64,000 nucleotides of DNA from an uncultured Candidatus Saccharibacteria bacterium (lineage in GTDB: Bacteria; Patescibacteriota; Minisyncoccia; Phycocordibacterales; UBA12088), in NCBI GenBank assembly GCA_964459635.1, contig CAYWMQ010000002.1:6776-70775 (forward strand). The letters run 5' to 3'. Below the pieces are notes generated by a model. The model had not been told where the DNA came from, did no database searches, and saw nothing but the letters and a program-made list of their open reading frames with translations. Of the stretch, positions 29,984-39,747 are shown one piece after another; the first letter of the stretch is position 1; every line of letters begins with the position of its first letter. A program made the translations under genes and the position numbers.

Positions 29984-30355
29984 TTATAGAACTTCCGGTG
30001 CCATGCTCGCTATCTTCTGGTACCCCATCTCGCCAAGCTCGCGCGGGACGGGGCCGAACACGCGGTTGGCGCGGGGCTCTTTCTTTGCCTTGTCCACGAT
30101 AACTACGGCGTTCTCATCAAAGCGGATGTAGCTTCCGTCCTTGCGGCGGAACGGCTGCGCACTGCGCACCACCACCGCTGTGAGGACGTCCTTTTTCTTC
30201 ACCGCCTTGCGCGGCTCTGCCACCTGCACGGAAAGAATAAGCAGATCACCAATGCGCGCGTAGCGTCTTTTGCTGCCGCCAAGTATCTTAAAGACGCGTC
30301 CGACCTTTGCGCCGGTGTTGTCTGCTATTTTGACGATGGATTGTGGCTGGATCAT
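29984..30355 (-). CDS. rplN: 50S ribosomal protein L14
   Basis: MIQ, ADNTGAK, IRFDENA, RVFGPV.REL. Confidence 0.97.
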   Translation of the reverse strand: MIQPQSIVKIADNTGAKVGRVFKILGGSKRRYARIGDLLILSVQVAEPRKAVKKKDVLTAVVVRSAQPFRRKDGSYIRFDENAVVIVDKAKKEPRANRVFGPVPRELGEMGYQKIASMAPEVL

Positions 30356-30420
30356 GGATGAGTTTTGAGTGTAGAGTGGTCAGTGTAGAGCGCTCTGTCC
30401 TGTTGCGTGGTGCAAGCGAC

Positions 30421-30684
30421 TTATCGAACAACAGTGAAGTGCTTCAGCTTACTCATCGGACGGCACTCGCGGATGGTGACCTTGTCGCCCTCTTTTGCGG
30501 TGTTGCCCGCATCGTGTACATGGTAGCGCTTCACGCGCGAAATAAACTTGCGGTACTTCGGGTGCTTCACAAAGCGTGTCACCGCCACCACCACGGTATC
30601 TTTCATCTTTGCGGACACCACCACGCCCGTAAGCGTGCGGGGTGTCGTAGGTGCGGCGGTGCTTTGTGTGTTGGGAGTATTCAT
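30421..30684 (-). CDS. rpsQ: 30S ribosomal protein S17
   Basis: GVVVSAKMKDT, HPKY, ECRPMSK.K. Confidence 0.96.
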   Translation of the reverse strand: MNTPNTQSTAAPTTPRTLTGVVVSAKMKDTVVVAVTRFVKHPKYRKFISRVKRYHVHDAGNTAKEGDKVTIRECRPMSKLKHFTVVR

Positions 30685-30701
30685 GGGAAATGATACGAGA
30701 G

Positions 30702-30926
30702 CTATGCTACCTCTTCGGCCACCTCAGGTGCCGTGGCAGGCGTAGTGGCTTTTTTGGTCAAGATGCGCGCGATCGTCCTGCGGAGTATGCGGCCTTCTTT
30801 TGTGTTACGCACGCGACTGCCCGCCTGACCAAAACGAAACTGACGCAATGCCTCGCGCTTTTCAGCCAAAAGCTTGCCAAGGTCGTCGGCGCTCATCTTT
30901 TCCAGCTCTTTCATGTGCTTGTTCAT
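30702..30926 (-). CDS. rpmC: 50S ribosomal protein L29
   Basis: LRQFRF...RRTIARILT; synteny; start at 30926 or 30914. Confidence 0.9.
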   Translation of the reverse strand: MNKHMKELEKMSADDLGKLLAEKREALRQFRFGQAGSRVRNTKEGRILRRTIARILTKKATTPATAPEVAEEVA

Positions 30927-30989
30927 ATGTTCTACAGGTGAGTGCTTGAATGGTATAGCACGCGCGCGCCTTTGCTGCAACGTGTCACA

Positions 30990-31409
30990 CTATGCACGGC
31001 TCGCGAAGCGTACGGCAACAGGCAGCTTTGCGCCCGCTTTCCGCAGGGCTTCCTTCGCTACGGCTTCGGAAACGCCGTCCACTTCAAACAGTACGCGCCC
31101 GGGAAGCACTTCAACCTCGTACGCCTCGACATCGCCCTTGCCCTTACCCATACCAACCTCGGCAGCCTTCTGCGTATATGGGCGGTCAGGGAAAATGCGA
31201 ATCCATGTGCGGCCGTTCTTTCCCAGTGCGCGACTGATGGTGCGACGGGCGGCCTCTATCTGATTGCTGCGGATGCGGCCCTGCTCGGTGGCCTTGATGG
31301 CAAAAGAGCCGAACGAAACCTCCGTGCCGCGCGTGGCCGCGTGACGGTACTGCAAGGCGTTGCGCCCGCGGTGCCATTTACGAAACTTTACTTTTTTGGG
31401 AAGCAGCAT
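30990..31409 (-). CDS. rplP: 50S ribosomal protein L16
   Basis: MLLPKKVKFRK, QIEAARR, WIRIFPD, MGKGKG. Confidence 0.97.
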   Translation of the reverse strand: MLLPKKVKFRKWHRGRNALQYRHAATRGTEVSFGSFAIKATEQGRIRSNQIEAARRTISRALGKNGRTWIRIFPDRPYTQKAAEVGMGKGKGDVEAYEVEVLPGRVLFEVDGVSEAVAKEALRKAGAKLPVAVRFASRA

Positions 31410-31419
31410 GGTGGTGGTG

Positions 31420-32094
31420 TTACGCGTTTTCTTCGCCCTCGAATATCTCGCCCTTGTATATCCAAACTTTCACCCCAATGAGACCGGTGTATGCGATGTA
31501 TGCCTCCGCGCGCGCAAAGTCTACGTCCGCGCGAAGCGTCTGGAGCGGCACGCGCCCGCGCTTGATCTCTTCGCTTCGGCTCATTTCGCTGCCGCCGATG
31601 CGGCCGGAAATGCCGATGCGCACGCCCAATACACCCCTGTTGGCCATCACCTTGTCGACCGTCTGCTTGAGGACGCGGCGAAACGGCATGCGCTTTTCAA
31701 GACCCTCAGCCACCATTTCGGCGACTATCTGCGCGTTTGCCTCGGGATTGCGCACCTCTTCGATATCAAACTTAACCTCTGCCGTATCGCCCGGTGAGAG
31801 CGTCGCCAGTTTCTTTGCTATTTCCTTTCGTATACGCTGAGCACCTTCGCCTGAGCGACCGATGATGAGGCCCGGACGCGCCGTCTTCACGATGATGCGC
31901 AGTATGCCGGCGTTGCGCTCTATCTCGATAGACGCAACGTACATGCCCTTGAGGCGCTTTTTGAGCCACTCACGGAGGAGTGTATCAGCACGAAGGTACT
32001 GCTTGTACTGCTTGCCGTCACGCACAAACCAGCGGCTCTTCCAGTCGCGTATGATGCCGATGCGTATGCCGTATGGATGTGCGATGTGAGTCAT
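31420..32094 (-). CDS. rpsC: 30S ribosomal protein S3
   Basis: HPYGIRIG, RPGLIIGRSG, VPLQTLRAD, GVKVWI. Confidence 0.97.
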   Translation of the reverse strand: MTHIAHPYGIRIGIIRDWKSRWFVRDGKQYKQYLRADTLLREWLKKRLKGMYVASIEIERNAGILRIIVKTARPGLIIGRSGEGAQRIRKEIAKKLATLSPGDTAEVKFDIEEVRNPEANAQIVAEMVAEGLEKRMPFRRVLKQTVDKVMANRGVLGVRIGISGRIGGSEMSRSEEIKRGRVPLQTLRADVDFARAEAYIAYTGLIGVKVWIYKGEIFEGEENA

Positions 32095-32141
32095 AGAAGC
32101 GAGTAGAAAGTAGGAAGTAGCAAGTAGTAAGCAGCGCGGGA

Positions 32142-32486
32142 TTAACGATTTACCGGTTCGCGGTCGCGAAGCTCCACCTTCACATGCGAAGACTCGCGGT
32201 TGATGGGGGCGGCGCGACCGAACGCGCGAGGCATGTAGCGCGTAAAGGTCAGCCCCTTGTCGGCGGTAATGGTGGACACCACAAGCGACTCGTCCGTGCG
32301 GCTCGTGTCTTTCTGTCGTGCATTTGCAGCGGCGGATGCGATGAGCTTCTTGATGGGAAGCGCGGCCTTCTGCGGCATGTGCGTGAGGAGCGTGAGCGCT
32401 TCGTCCACCGTCTTACCGCGCACCACGTCTATGACGAGGCGCACCTTGCGCGGAGCTTGTCGATAGTTTTTTAGTGATGCTTTCAT
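32142..32486 (-). CDS. rplV: 50S ribosomal protein L22
   Basis: PRKVRLV, SAAANA, PRAFGRA. Confidence 0.96.
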   Translation of the reverse strand: MKASLKNYRQAPRKVRLVIDVVRGKTVDEALTLLTHMPQKAALPIKKLIASAAANARQKDTSRTDESLVVSTITADKGLTFTRYMPRAFGRAAPINRESSHVKVELRDREPVNR

Positions 32487-32535
32487 GTGATGATGTATTC
32501 GCGGCATTCGTACTCATTCGCAGATTCGTATCGTG

Positions 32536-32880
32536 CTATTTCTTACCGGTCGTCGTGGCTGCCTTGGCGGCCTTGGCTGCCTGTATCTCGGCGTCCTTGC
32601 GCTTCTGCTCAAGCTCCTTCTGGATCTTACCGCCGTGCCGTAGGAACTTCGTCGTCGGAGAAAACTCGCCAAGCTTGTGGCCCACCATGTCCTCCGTGCA
32701 GAGCACCTCCACGTGCGACTTGCCGTTGTGGACGCCAAACGTGAAGCCGACCATTTCGGGGCTGATGGTGCACGCGCGCGACCACGTGCGAATAACCCCG
32801 GTCGTTTGCGGCTTCTTGCCCTCTATCTTTTTCAAGACACGGGGGTCAACGTATGGTCCTTTCTTGAGTGAGCGTGACAT
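32536..32880 (-). CDS. rpsS: 30S ribosomal protein S19 with C-terminal extension
   Basis: [28 protein letters not shown]. Confidence 0.97.
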   Translation of the reverse strand: MSRSLKKGPYVDPRVLKKIEGKKPQTTGVIRTWSRACTISPEMVGFTFGVHNGKSHVEVLCTEDMVGHKLGEFSPTTKFLRHGGKIQKELEQKRKDAEIQAAKAAKAATTTGKK

Positions 32881-32942
32881 GGTGTGTGATGACTGTGTGA
32901 GGTGCGCCTATACTACGCAACACCCCGAGTATTGTCAACGAA

Positions 32943-33788
32943 TTACGAACGTTTCTTACCAACCTTCCGCCGCGAGACGATGAGGGCGTTGCTGTACTTT
33001 TTCGGTGCGCGCGTCTTGTGCCCCTTGCCTGTGGGCTTGCCGAAGATGGATCGAGCTCGACGATGGCCGCGCCCTTGCCTGCCTTCACCGCCACCATGCG
33101 GGTGATCTACAGGGTTCATGACGGTACCGCGTACGGTCGGGCGCTTGCCGAGCCAGCGGCTGCGGCCGGCCTTGCCGAGCTTCACGAGCTGATGTTCATC
33201 GTTTGACACCACCCCGAGCGTAGCCCATGCCGCGCTGTTTACCTTGCGCACTTCTCCCGATGGCATCTTGAGGTGCGTATGGACGCCGTCCTGCGCTATC
33301 ACATCCGCACTGTTGCCCGCCGAGCGTGCAAAGCGTGCGCCTGCTCCCGGCTTGGTCTCGATGTTGTGAACCTGGGCACCGATGGGTACCGTACGAAGGG
33401 GCATACGTACGCCCGGTGCGGGCTTCGCCGTTTCGGACGCCACAAAGGTGTCGCCCACGCGCGCGTCCTTGTGTGCAAGAATATAGCGCCACTCGCCATC
33501 GGCATATACCACGAGGGCAATGTACGCGCTGCGGTTCGGATCGTACTCAATAGCGGTGATGCGTGCCGGAATATCCTTCTTTTCAAAGGTAAAGTCAACC
33601 GTGCGAAGCACGCGCTTGTGCCCGCCGCCCATGTGCCTGCTCGTAATGCGGCCCTGGCTGTTGCGGCCCGTGGCGCGCTTGCCGCCCTTGGTGAGCGCCT
33701 TCTTGGGCTTGGCGGAAGTCACCACGCTCTTGTACGAGCGAGTGGTCATGTGACGGCGCGACTGTGTTGTGGGACGATACTTTTTCAT
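32943..33788 (-). CDS. rplB: 50S ribosomal protein L2
   Basis: IEYDPNRSA, RSAG, MNPVDHPHGGGEG. Confidence 0.98.
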   Translation of the reverse strand: MKKYRPTTQSRRHMTTRSYKSVVTSAKPKKALTKGGKRATGRNSQGRITSRHMGGGHKRVLRTVDFTFEKKDIPARITAIEYDPNRSAYIALVVYADGEWRYILAHKDARVGDTFVASETAKPAPGVRMPLRTVPIGAQVHNIETKPGAGARFARSAGNSADVIAQDGVHTHLKMPSGEVRKVNSAAWATLGVVSNDEHQLVKLGKAGRSRWLGKRPTVRGTVMNPVDHPHGGGEGRQGRGHRRARSIFGKPTGKGHKTRAPKKYSNALIVSRRKVGKKRS

Positions 33789-33806
33789 GGTATGAGACTG
33801 GTGCTT

Positions 33807-34202
33807 TTACAGGAGGTCTATCTTATCACCTTCCTTGAGGTACACGTGCGCTTTCTTGTACCCGCTTACCGTACCGCGACGACGGCGCGTGCGCGATATC
33901 TTGACGCGCGGCTGCACGCGGACCGTGTTGACCTTGACAGGCACGACGCCATACACCGCCTGCACTGCGTTCATGATGTCGCGCTTTGTCGCATCCACCG
34001 CCACATCAAATACATATACGCGGCGCTCAATGGCATACGTGGCCTTTTCGGTGATGCGCGGCGCGCGGAGGATGCGCTCAGGCGTTTTGGTGAGAGCGGC
34101 TGTCAGCTTGCCCTGCTTTGTGACGGCCTTTTTGCGCGCAGGCTTAGCCGCTGTACCCGCGTGCTTCTTCGCCTTTGTGTCTGATCTAGAAAAAATAGCC
34201 AT
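33807..34202 (-). CDS. rplW: 50S ribosomal protein L23 with N-terminal extension
   Basis: PRITEKA, ATK.DI, KVNT, KKAHVYL. Confidence 0.94.
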   Translation of the reverse strand: MAIFSRSDTKAKKHAGTAAKPARKKAVTKQGKLTAALTKTPERILRAPRITEKATYAIERRVYVFDVAVDATKRDIMNAVQAVYGVVPVKVNTVRVQPRVKISRTRRRRGTVSGYKKAHVYLKEGDKIDLL

Positions 34203-34209
34203 GGTGGTG

Positions 34210-34881
34210 TTATTTAGCGGTGCGGGCGCGCTTTTCAAGCACTTCCACCGACTCTGCGGGCGATGCAATGATGAGGTACTTGTGGCGCAAGACTTCTACC
34301 GGATTGAGATTGCGTGCATCCTCAAGCATGATGTGGCCGAAGTTACGGAAGCTCTTCTTTGTTGCCTCGCCCGGCGCTGCGACCGCTACAAGGGCTGCAT
34401 TTTTGCGCTTGGTTGCAAGCGGCGCGAAACCGTCGACCTTCGCAAGCGCCATGAGCGTCTTATTCGCCTCGGCGGCCTTGGGCTCCGCAAATGCAAGCTC
34501 GTCCAGGAAGAGCACCTCGCCATCGGCAAGCTTGCGCGAAAGCACCGCATAGAGAGCCTGTACGCGCATCTTCTTGTTTATCTTCTGCGCGTATGAGCGC
34601 TCGTTGCGCGGGCCATGCGCCACGCCTCCCTTGGTCCAGATAGGGCTGCGGCGGCTGCCGTGGCGGGCGTTGCCCGTACCCTTCTGTTTCCATGGTTTCT
34701 TGCCCGTGCCGGACACTTCCGCGCGGTTCTTCGTGTGTGCGATGGGCGTACGAGCATTGGCCTGCATAGCGGTCACCACCTGGTGTACCAGATCTGCGTT
34801 CCACGCGGCACCGAATACAGCCTCGGGAAGATTGATCTCTCCCGCCTTAGTGCCTGCCGTGTTGTAGATAGTTGCTTTCAT
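34210..34881 (-). CDS. rplD: 50S ribosomal protein L4
   Basis: KPWKQKGTGNARHGS, GGVAHGP, KINKKM. Confidence 0.97.
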   Translation of the reverse strand: MKATIYNTAGTKAGEINLPEAVFGAAWNADLVHQVVTAMQANARTPIAHTKNRAEVSGTGKKPWKQKGTGNARHGSRRSPIWTKGGVAHGPRNERSYAQKINKKMRVQALYAVLSRKLADGEVLFLDELAFAEPKAAEANKTLMALAKVDGFAPLATKRKNAALVAVAAPGEATKKSFRNFGHIMLEDARNLNPVEVLRHKYLIIASPAESVEVLEKRARTAK

Positions 34882-34890
34882 GGTGTGGGT

Positions 34891-35016
34891 CACGATGCGA
34901 ATCTACGAATGGGTGCGAATGCTACGAATAAATGCTCTACCGGCGATACATTAAGAGTGTTGCATACGTTAGTAATTCATTCGCTGCATTCGTAACATTC
35001 GTTGATTAGTATCGTG
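34891..35016. repeat. Inverted pair of ACGAAT-rich arms (MITE/REP-like) between rplC and rplD
   Basis: Left arm CACGATGCGAATCTACGAATGGGTGCGAATGCTACGAAT; right arm (reverse complement) CACGATACTAATCAACGAATGTTACGAATGCAGCGAAT. Confidence 0.8.
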
Positions 35017-35625
35017 CTATTTTCCGCGTACCTCCACCAGCGAGCCGCGCCGCCCGGGCACCGCGCCGCGAATGTATAGGAGGTTCTTTTCGGGATCGAC
35101 GGCCACAACTGTCAAATTTTTCGTCGTTACGCGGTCACTGCCCATGCGTCCCGCCATGCGCATGCCCTTGGGAACGCGCCGGCGAAGACCGCCACCGATG
35201 GATCCGGGCTGACGCTCGTTGTGTTTCTGGCCGTGGCTACGGGGACCGCCCGAGAAATCGTGGCGCTTCACCACGCCTTGGTAGCCCTTGCCTTTCGACG
35301 TACCGGACACCATGACGACGTCGCCAACCGCAAACATATCGGCAACGGTCAAAACCGTACCGATCTCTTGGCTTACTGACTCGCCTGGAGCGGCCCGGTA
35401 TTCCTTGAAGTGCCTGAAAAGACCCTTCGGGCGCTGCGCCTTGTTGATGTGCTTCTCCTTAGCCTCGCCAAACGCAAGCTGTACAGCCGCGTAGCCATCC
35501 TTTTCGGGCGTTTTGAGCTGCGTTACGGTATTCGGGGTAGCCAAAAGCACCGTGGCAGGGTGTACGCGCCCGTCTGCATCGAATATTTGGGTCATATGCT
35601 GCTTGGTGGCGAGAATGAATTTCAT
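35017..35625 (-). CDS. rplC: 50S ribosomal protein L3
   Basis: DGYAAVQ, SKGKGYQG, PGSIG, MAGRMG, GAVPG. Confidence 0.97.
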   Translation of the reverse strand: MKFILATKQHMTQIFDADGRVHPATVLLATPNTVTQLKTPEKDGYAAVQLAFGEAKEKHINKAQRPKGLFRHFKEYRAAPGESVSQEIGTVLTVADMFAVGDVVMVSGTSKGKGYQGVVKRHDFSGGPRSHGQKHNERQPGSIGGGLRRRVPKGMRMAGRMGSDRVTTKNLTVVAVDPEKNLLYIRGAVPGRRGSLVEVRGK

Positions 35626-35844
35626 GACGCGATACGAATCAACGAATGGGTACGAATGCTACGAATGTGGTACGTACAAAAAAGCCCGCACCGGGCCAAG
35701 CGCCGGTAGGGCGAAAGGTCCAGTGGTTCCCGCCTCTCAGCTTGGGAACATGGAAGCAGCGTGAAGCTGCGTATAGGCTCATGCACTATACACGAAGGGC
35801 TTTGGGAATGCAAATTTGACTTTTTCTCTGATATTTGCTATAAT
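35626..35844. promoter_or_regulatory. Back-to-back sigma70 promoters and structured rplC leader
   Basis: Plus strand TTGACT-17-TATAAT (35816-35844); minus strand TTGCAT-17-TATAGT (35813-35785); hairpin plus U-tract at 35712-35679 in the leader. Confidence 0.7.
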
Positions 35845-35891
35845 ATTAAATTGAAGTGTCCCGCACTTTTCCACATAAGTAGGAGGACAAA

Positions 35892-36143
35892 ATGATGGTA
35901 GTCCTATGGTTGGCGTTGGTCACTGTTGCTGGGACGGTCCTGGGCGCCTTCGTTACGGTGCCGGTGCTGCTCATCGTCACAGTGATTGCTATGTCCGTAG
36001 TGCTTTGGTGCTATCTCAAAAATCCTTCGGCCATTTACGGACCATCGGCGGCCGGCCTCATTGCTGGTATGTGGTTCATGTATTTCCTCACCACCCACGA
36101 TGCGGCAGCGCGAACGTTCGTCGACACGTACATCTTGCGGTAG
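35892..36143 (+). CDS. Small membrane ORFan
   Basis: AGGAGG SD, consensus promoter, 2-3 TM helices. Confidence 0.7.
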   Translation: MMVVLWLALVTVAGTVLGAFVTVPVLLIVTVIAMSVVLWCYLKNPSAIYGPSAAGLIAGMWFMYFLTTHDAAARTFVDTYILR

Positions 36144-36179
36144 ATCGAGCAAGCGAAAGAAGAAGGAGTAGGAGCGGCC

Positions 36180-36374
36180 ATGTTCATTTTGCGTAGCCTC
36201 GACAAGAACGGCAAGCGTGTATACCGCACACGCAACGGCGGTTGGAGCACGCATCGGAACGATGCGTGCAGATACGAATCCCACGAGTTTGCGCAACGCG
36301 TAGCTCGACGGACGACGCCGCCGGCGCGCAACGCGCGTGTTGAGATTGAGTCTGTGCGCGAGAAGGAAAAGTAA
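36180..36374 (+). CDS. Small basic ORFan
   Basis: AGGAG SD; hairpin terminator TCACGGCTCACC-TTCG-GGTGAGCCGTGA at about 36432-36459. Confidence 0.6.
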   Translation: MFILRSLDKNGKRVYRTRNGGWSTHRNDACRYESHEFAQRVARRTTPPARNARVEIESVREKEK

Positions 36375-36673
36375 GCGAAGAGTTGCAGATTCCTAGATCA
36401 GACCGATTCGAGTAAGCAAACGCGTCTCGCATCACGGCTCACCTTCGGGTGAGCCGTGAACTGTTTGTAGCTACCTGAAATTGTTGATAGTCTCCATTTT
36501 CGCTGATATCCGCGCGTGTCCGCCGTAGCTCGTGGGGACAACGAATGCGGGTGGTATCCGCGTCTAGCATCCAGCCTCCGCTAGAGCTACCTGCCTACCG
36601 GCAGGTAGGCGGATTACGTGGGATCTAAGTCGCCCCCACCCTGCTACGCCGGAGGCGACGCAGGTTCTAAAAA

Positions 36674-37665
36674 ACTGTGAATTACGAAACTCCTCCCCAC
36701 CCCTTTGCACCATACACCCCAAACACACCCGTTAGGGTGTAGCACGTACGCTTGATTGTCACACACACGAAGGAAATTGATTGTGCCTACGCGAGCACGA
36801 ATGAAAGAAGTGCGTAGAGATAGTTTGCGAAGTACCCATTCACTGAGCGCGGAAGTGAGGTAACGAGACCGTGGAACAGCTTCAGGTTGCGGAAGTCGAA
36901 CTCGATGTCAAAGCGTTTCTTGTAGAGGTGGAGCTGCCAAGCCTCGGCGAGCTTCTTCATGTTTTTGTACGGCTTGATGAGCACCCACCGCCGGTCGTTG
37001 TTCATGTCGCGCTCAAGTTGCTTTGACACGTACCCCGCATCCGCAACGATGATGCCCTCGATGTATTCGTTGATCTTGCGGAAGATGTCGCGGTCATCCG
37101 CGTTGGCGGGCGTGAAGCGGAGCGCGAGGAGACGTCCCGCAGCATCCCGTGTCATGGTCATTTTAAGGCCGAAATAGAAGCCTTTTCCAGAGTGGCCCCA
37201 TGCGGCGAGTCCGGCCATGGTCTTGTGGTGTTTACCGTTCTTGGTGAGACACACGGGTATATCGGTCGCATCGGTGTACTTCACGATGTGCTGGTCCTTG
37301 TGCCCGAGCCGCATGAGGTATGCAAGGATCAGGAACACCAGACGGGCTGCACGATTGATCGCCTCCACAAACGTCTTGTACGAGCAAGGTATCGCTTCCT
37401 TGAAGTCGTCATATACGGACTTCTTAGTAGCGCGTGTTGACTGATGCCAGTACAGGCCCCAAATGACCGCGTCCAAGGGATTGATGGCTAATGGTCGACC
37501 CACCCTCTTTCCTTCGGGGAGGATGTGGAGTTTTTGTGCTATGTGTGTGACAATGTGCGTGAGGTTGTCCCATATCTTTGGGAACATACAATACAAGAGG
37601 CTCCATACGGAGCCTTTTGTATTGTATCGAAATGCAGTGCGGGAGGGAGTTTCGTAATTCACAGT
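36674..37665 (-). mobile_element. IS982-family insertion sequence
   Basis: Perfect 20-bp terminal inverted repeats ACTGTGAATTACGAAACTCC (36674-36693 and 37646-37665), A-rich direct repeat on both flanks, single transposase. Confidence 0.9.
36787..37587 (-). CDS. DDE transposase, IS982-like
   Basis: DATDIPVC, GFYFGLK, ADAGY, R..IE..F..LK, PRS..G. Confidence 0.88.
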   Translation of the reverse strand: MFPKIWDNLTHIVTHIAQKLHILPEGKRVGRPLAINPLDAVIWGLYWHQSTRATKKSVYDDFKEAIPCSYKTFVEAINRAARLVFLILAYLMRLGHKDQHIVKYTDATDIPVCLTKNGKHHKTMAGLAAWGHSGKGFYFGLKMTMTRDAAGRLLALRFTPANADDRDIFRKINEYIEGIIVADAGYVSKQLERDMNNDRRWVLIKPYKNMKKLAEAWQLHLYKKRFDIEFDFRNLKLFHGLVTSLPRSVNGYFANYLYALLSFVLA

Positions 37666-37680
37666 AAAAAAGGCTACAAC

Positions 37681-37710
37681 CAAAACGCCGGCCTTGCGGC
37701 CGGCGTTTTG
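37681..37710 (-). terminator. Hairpin after rpsJ
   Basis: CAAAACGCCGGCC-TTGC-GGCCGGCGTTTTG. Confidence 0.75.
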
Positions 37711-37720
37711 GTAAGTCTTT

Positions 37721-38095
37721 CTAAGACATTTTCACATCAATGTTCACACCTGAGGGAAGGGAGAGGTTCGTGAGAGCCTCAATGACTTTCCCCGATGGGT
37801 TCATGATGTCGATAACCCGCTTGTGCACCCTCATCTCGAACTGTTCTCGCGCATCTTTGTCGATGAAGGCCGCGCGGTTTACCGTGTATTTCTTTATTTC
37901 CGTGGGCAGGGGCACCGGGCCGACCACCTCCGCATCGTACCGCATGGCCGTATCCATGATCTGCTTGATGCTCGCGTCGAGTATCTTGTGCTCGTACGCG
38001 CGGATGCGGATGCGGAGCTTCGTTGCGGGCGCCTCTCCCTGCTTGGCCTTCGGGGCCCTTTTGGCGGTCTTGGGTGCGGTAGGAGCTGCTGCCAT
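37721..38095 (-). CDS. rpsJ: 30S ribosomal protein S10 with N-terminal extension
   Basis: RIRIRAYEH, GPVPLPT, REQFEMRVHKR. Confidence 0.97.
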   Translation of the reverse strand: MAAAPTAPKTAKRAPKAKQGEAPATKLRIRIRAYEHKILDASIKQIMDTAMRYDAEVVGPVPLPTEIKKYTVNRAAFIDKDAREQFEMRVHKRVIDIMNPSGKVIEALTNLSLPSGVNIDVKMS

Positions 38096-38116
38096 GGTGG
38101 TGGGAAGCCGCGCCGG

Positions 38117-39322
38117 TTAGGCGACGACCTTTGTTACGACACCTGCGCCAACGGTCTTGCCGCCTTCGCGAATAGCGAAACGCTGCTGTTCCTCAAGCGC
38201 GACAGGAGCCACGAGCTTCACCTTGAAGGTGACGGTGTCACCCGGCATCACCATTTCCACGCCCTCGGCGAGTGTCACCTCACCTGTCACGTCTGTCGTG
38301 CGCACGTAGAACTGGGGCTTGTAACCCGAGAAGAACGGCGTATGGCGGCCACCCTCTTCCTTCTTGAGGATGTATACCTCGGCCTCAAACTCGGTGTGCG
38401 GGGTCACGGAGCCTGTCTTTGCAAGCACCTGGCCGCGATGCACATCATCCTTCTTGGTGCCGCGTAGCAGCACGCCCGCGTTGTCGCCCGCGCGGCCCTC
38501 GTTGAGCTGCTTGTTGAACATTTCAATACCGGTCACCGTGGTCTTGGTGGTGTCCTTGATACCGACGATCTCCACTTCCTCTCCCACCTTCACGATACCG
38601 CGCTCGATGCGGCCCGTGACCACCGTACCGCGGCCTTCAATGGAGAATATGTCCTCGATAGGCATGAGGAAGGGCTTCTCCACATCGCGCACCGGCTCGG
38701 GAATGTAGGTGTCGAGCGTATCAATGAGCTCGATGATCTTCTTCGCCCACTCATCGTCCGCGCTCGTAGCCTCAAGCGCCTTAAGGCCGGAACCGCGAAT
38801 GATAGGCGCGTTCTTGCCGTCAAAGTTGTTCTTGTCGAGAAGCTCGCGGAGCTCTTCTTCAACGAGGTCGAGCATGTCGGGATCGTCCACCATGTCGCAC
38901 TTGTTGAGGAACACGATGATCTTCGGCACACCGACCTGGCGTGCAAGGAGTACGTGCTCACGAGTCTGCGGCATCGCGCCGTCCGTGGCCGCCACCACCA
39001 AGACCGCGCCGTCCATCTGGGCTGCGCCGGTGATCATGTTCTTAATGTAGTCGGCGTGGCCGGGCGCGTCGATGTGCGCGTAGTGCCTGTTCGGCGACTC
39101 GTACTCGCTGTGGTGGAGCGCAATGGTAATACCGCGCGCCTTTTCCTCGGGCGCGTTGTCGATACCGTCAACGCCCTCAATGCGTGCGTTGTAGCCCTTG
39201 TCTTTCGCAAGGTTACCCAGCACATGGAGGATCGCTGCGGTCGTGGTCGTCTTGCCGTGGTCAACGTGGCCGATGGTGCCTACGTTCACGTGCGGCTTGG
39301 ACCGATCGAATGCTTCTGCCAT
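38117..39322 (-). CDS. tuf: Elongation factor Tu
   Basis: [34 protein letters not shown]. Confidence 0.99.
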   Translation of the reverse strand: MAEAFDRSKPHVNVGTIGHVDHGKTTTTAAILHVLGNLAKDKGYNARIEGVDGIDNAPEEKARGITIALHHSEYESPNRHYAHIDAPGHADYIKNMITGAAQMDGAVLVVAATDGAMPQTREHVLLARQVGVPKIIVFLNKCDMVDDPDMLDLVEEELRELLDKNNFDGKNAPIIRGSGLKALEATSADDEWAKKIIELIDTLDTYIPEPVRDVEKPFLMPIEDIFSIEGRGTVVTGRIERGIVKVGEEVEIVGIKDTTKTTVTGIEMFNKQLNEGRAGDNAGVLLRGTKKDDVHRGQVLAKTGSVTPHTEFEAEVYILKKEEGGRHTPFFSGYKPQFYVRTTDVTGEVTLAEGVEMVMPGDTVTFKVKLVAPVALEEQQRFAIREGGKTVGAGVVTKVVA

Positions 39323-39542
39323 GGTCGTTCGCGTTATGCTCCTTCCGAAGTTCAGGGCGCGAGAACGGTGCCTCAACACCGGAAGGTGCGGATAATAATT
39401 CGCCCGGGTGTCGCTGCCTGCCGGGTACGTTCGCGTACGCGCTCGATCCGGCTGTGCTCCGCGCCTTCCGCAGAGAGCACAATGACAAAAAACACACGCA
39501 GTGCGGTACACGGCATAATACCGCACAGGCGCTGCAAGTCAA
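39323..39542 (-). promoter_or_regulatory. tuf promoter and about 190-nt structured leader
   Basis: TTGACT-16-TATTAT (39542-39515) followed by several GC-rich stems. Confidence 0.55.
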
Positions 39543-39747
39543 GGAAAAGTGAAGTGAGAAGTGGGCAGTGGTTAGTGAAAAGTGAAAAGACTCATCCTGG
39601 GATATATACGCGTTCCTGCAAAGCACCAAATACAAAATCACAAGCTCCAAGTAAACCACCACGAGCTGACGCTCGCGGTGGTTTACGGTAATTAAACAAA
39701 TCCGCCGGATGCACGAGGCACCCGGCGAATACGAAGATCTGCTGTGG

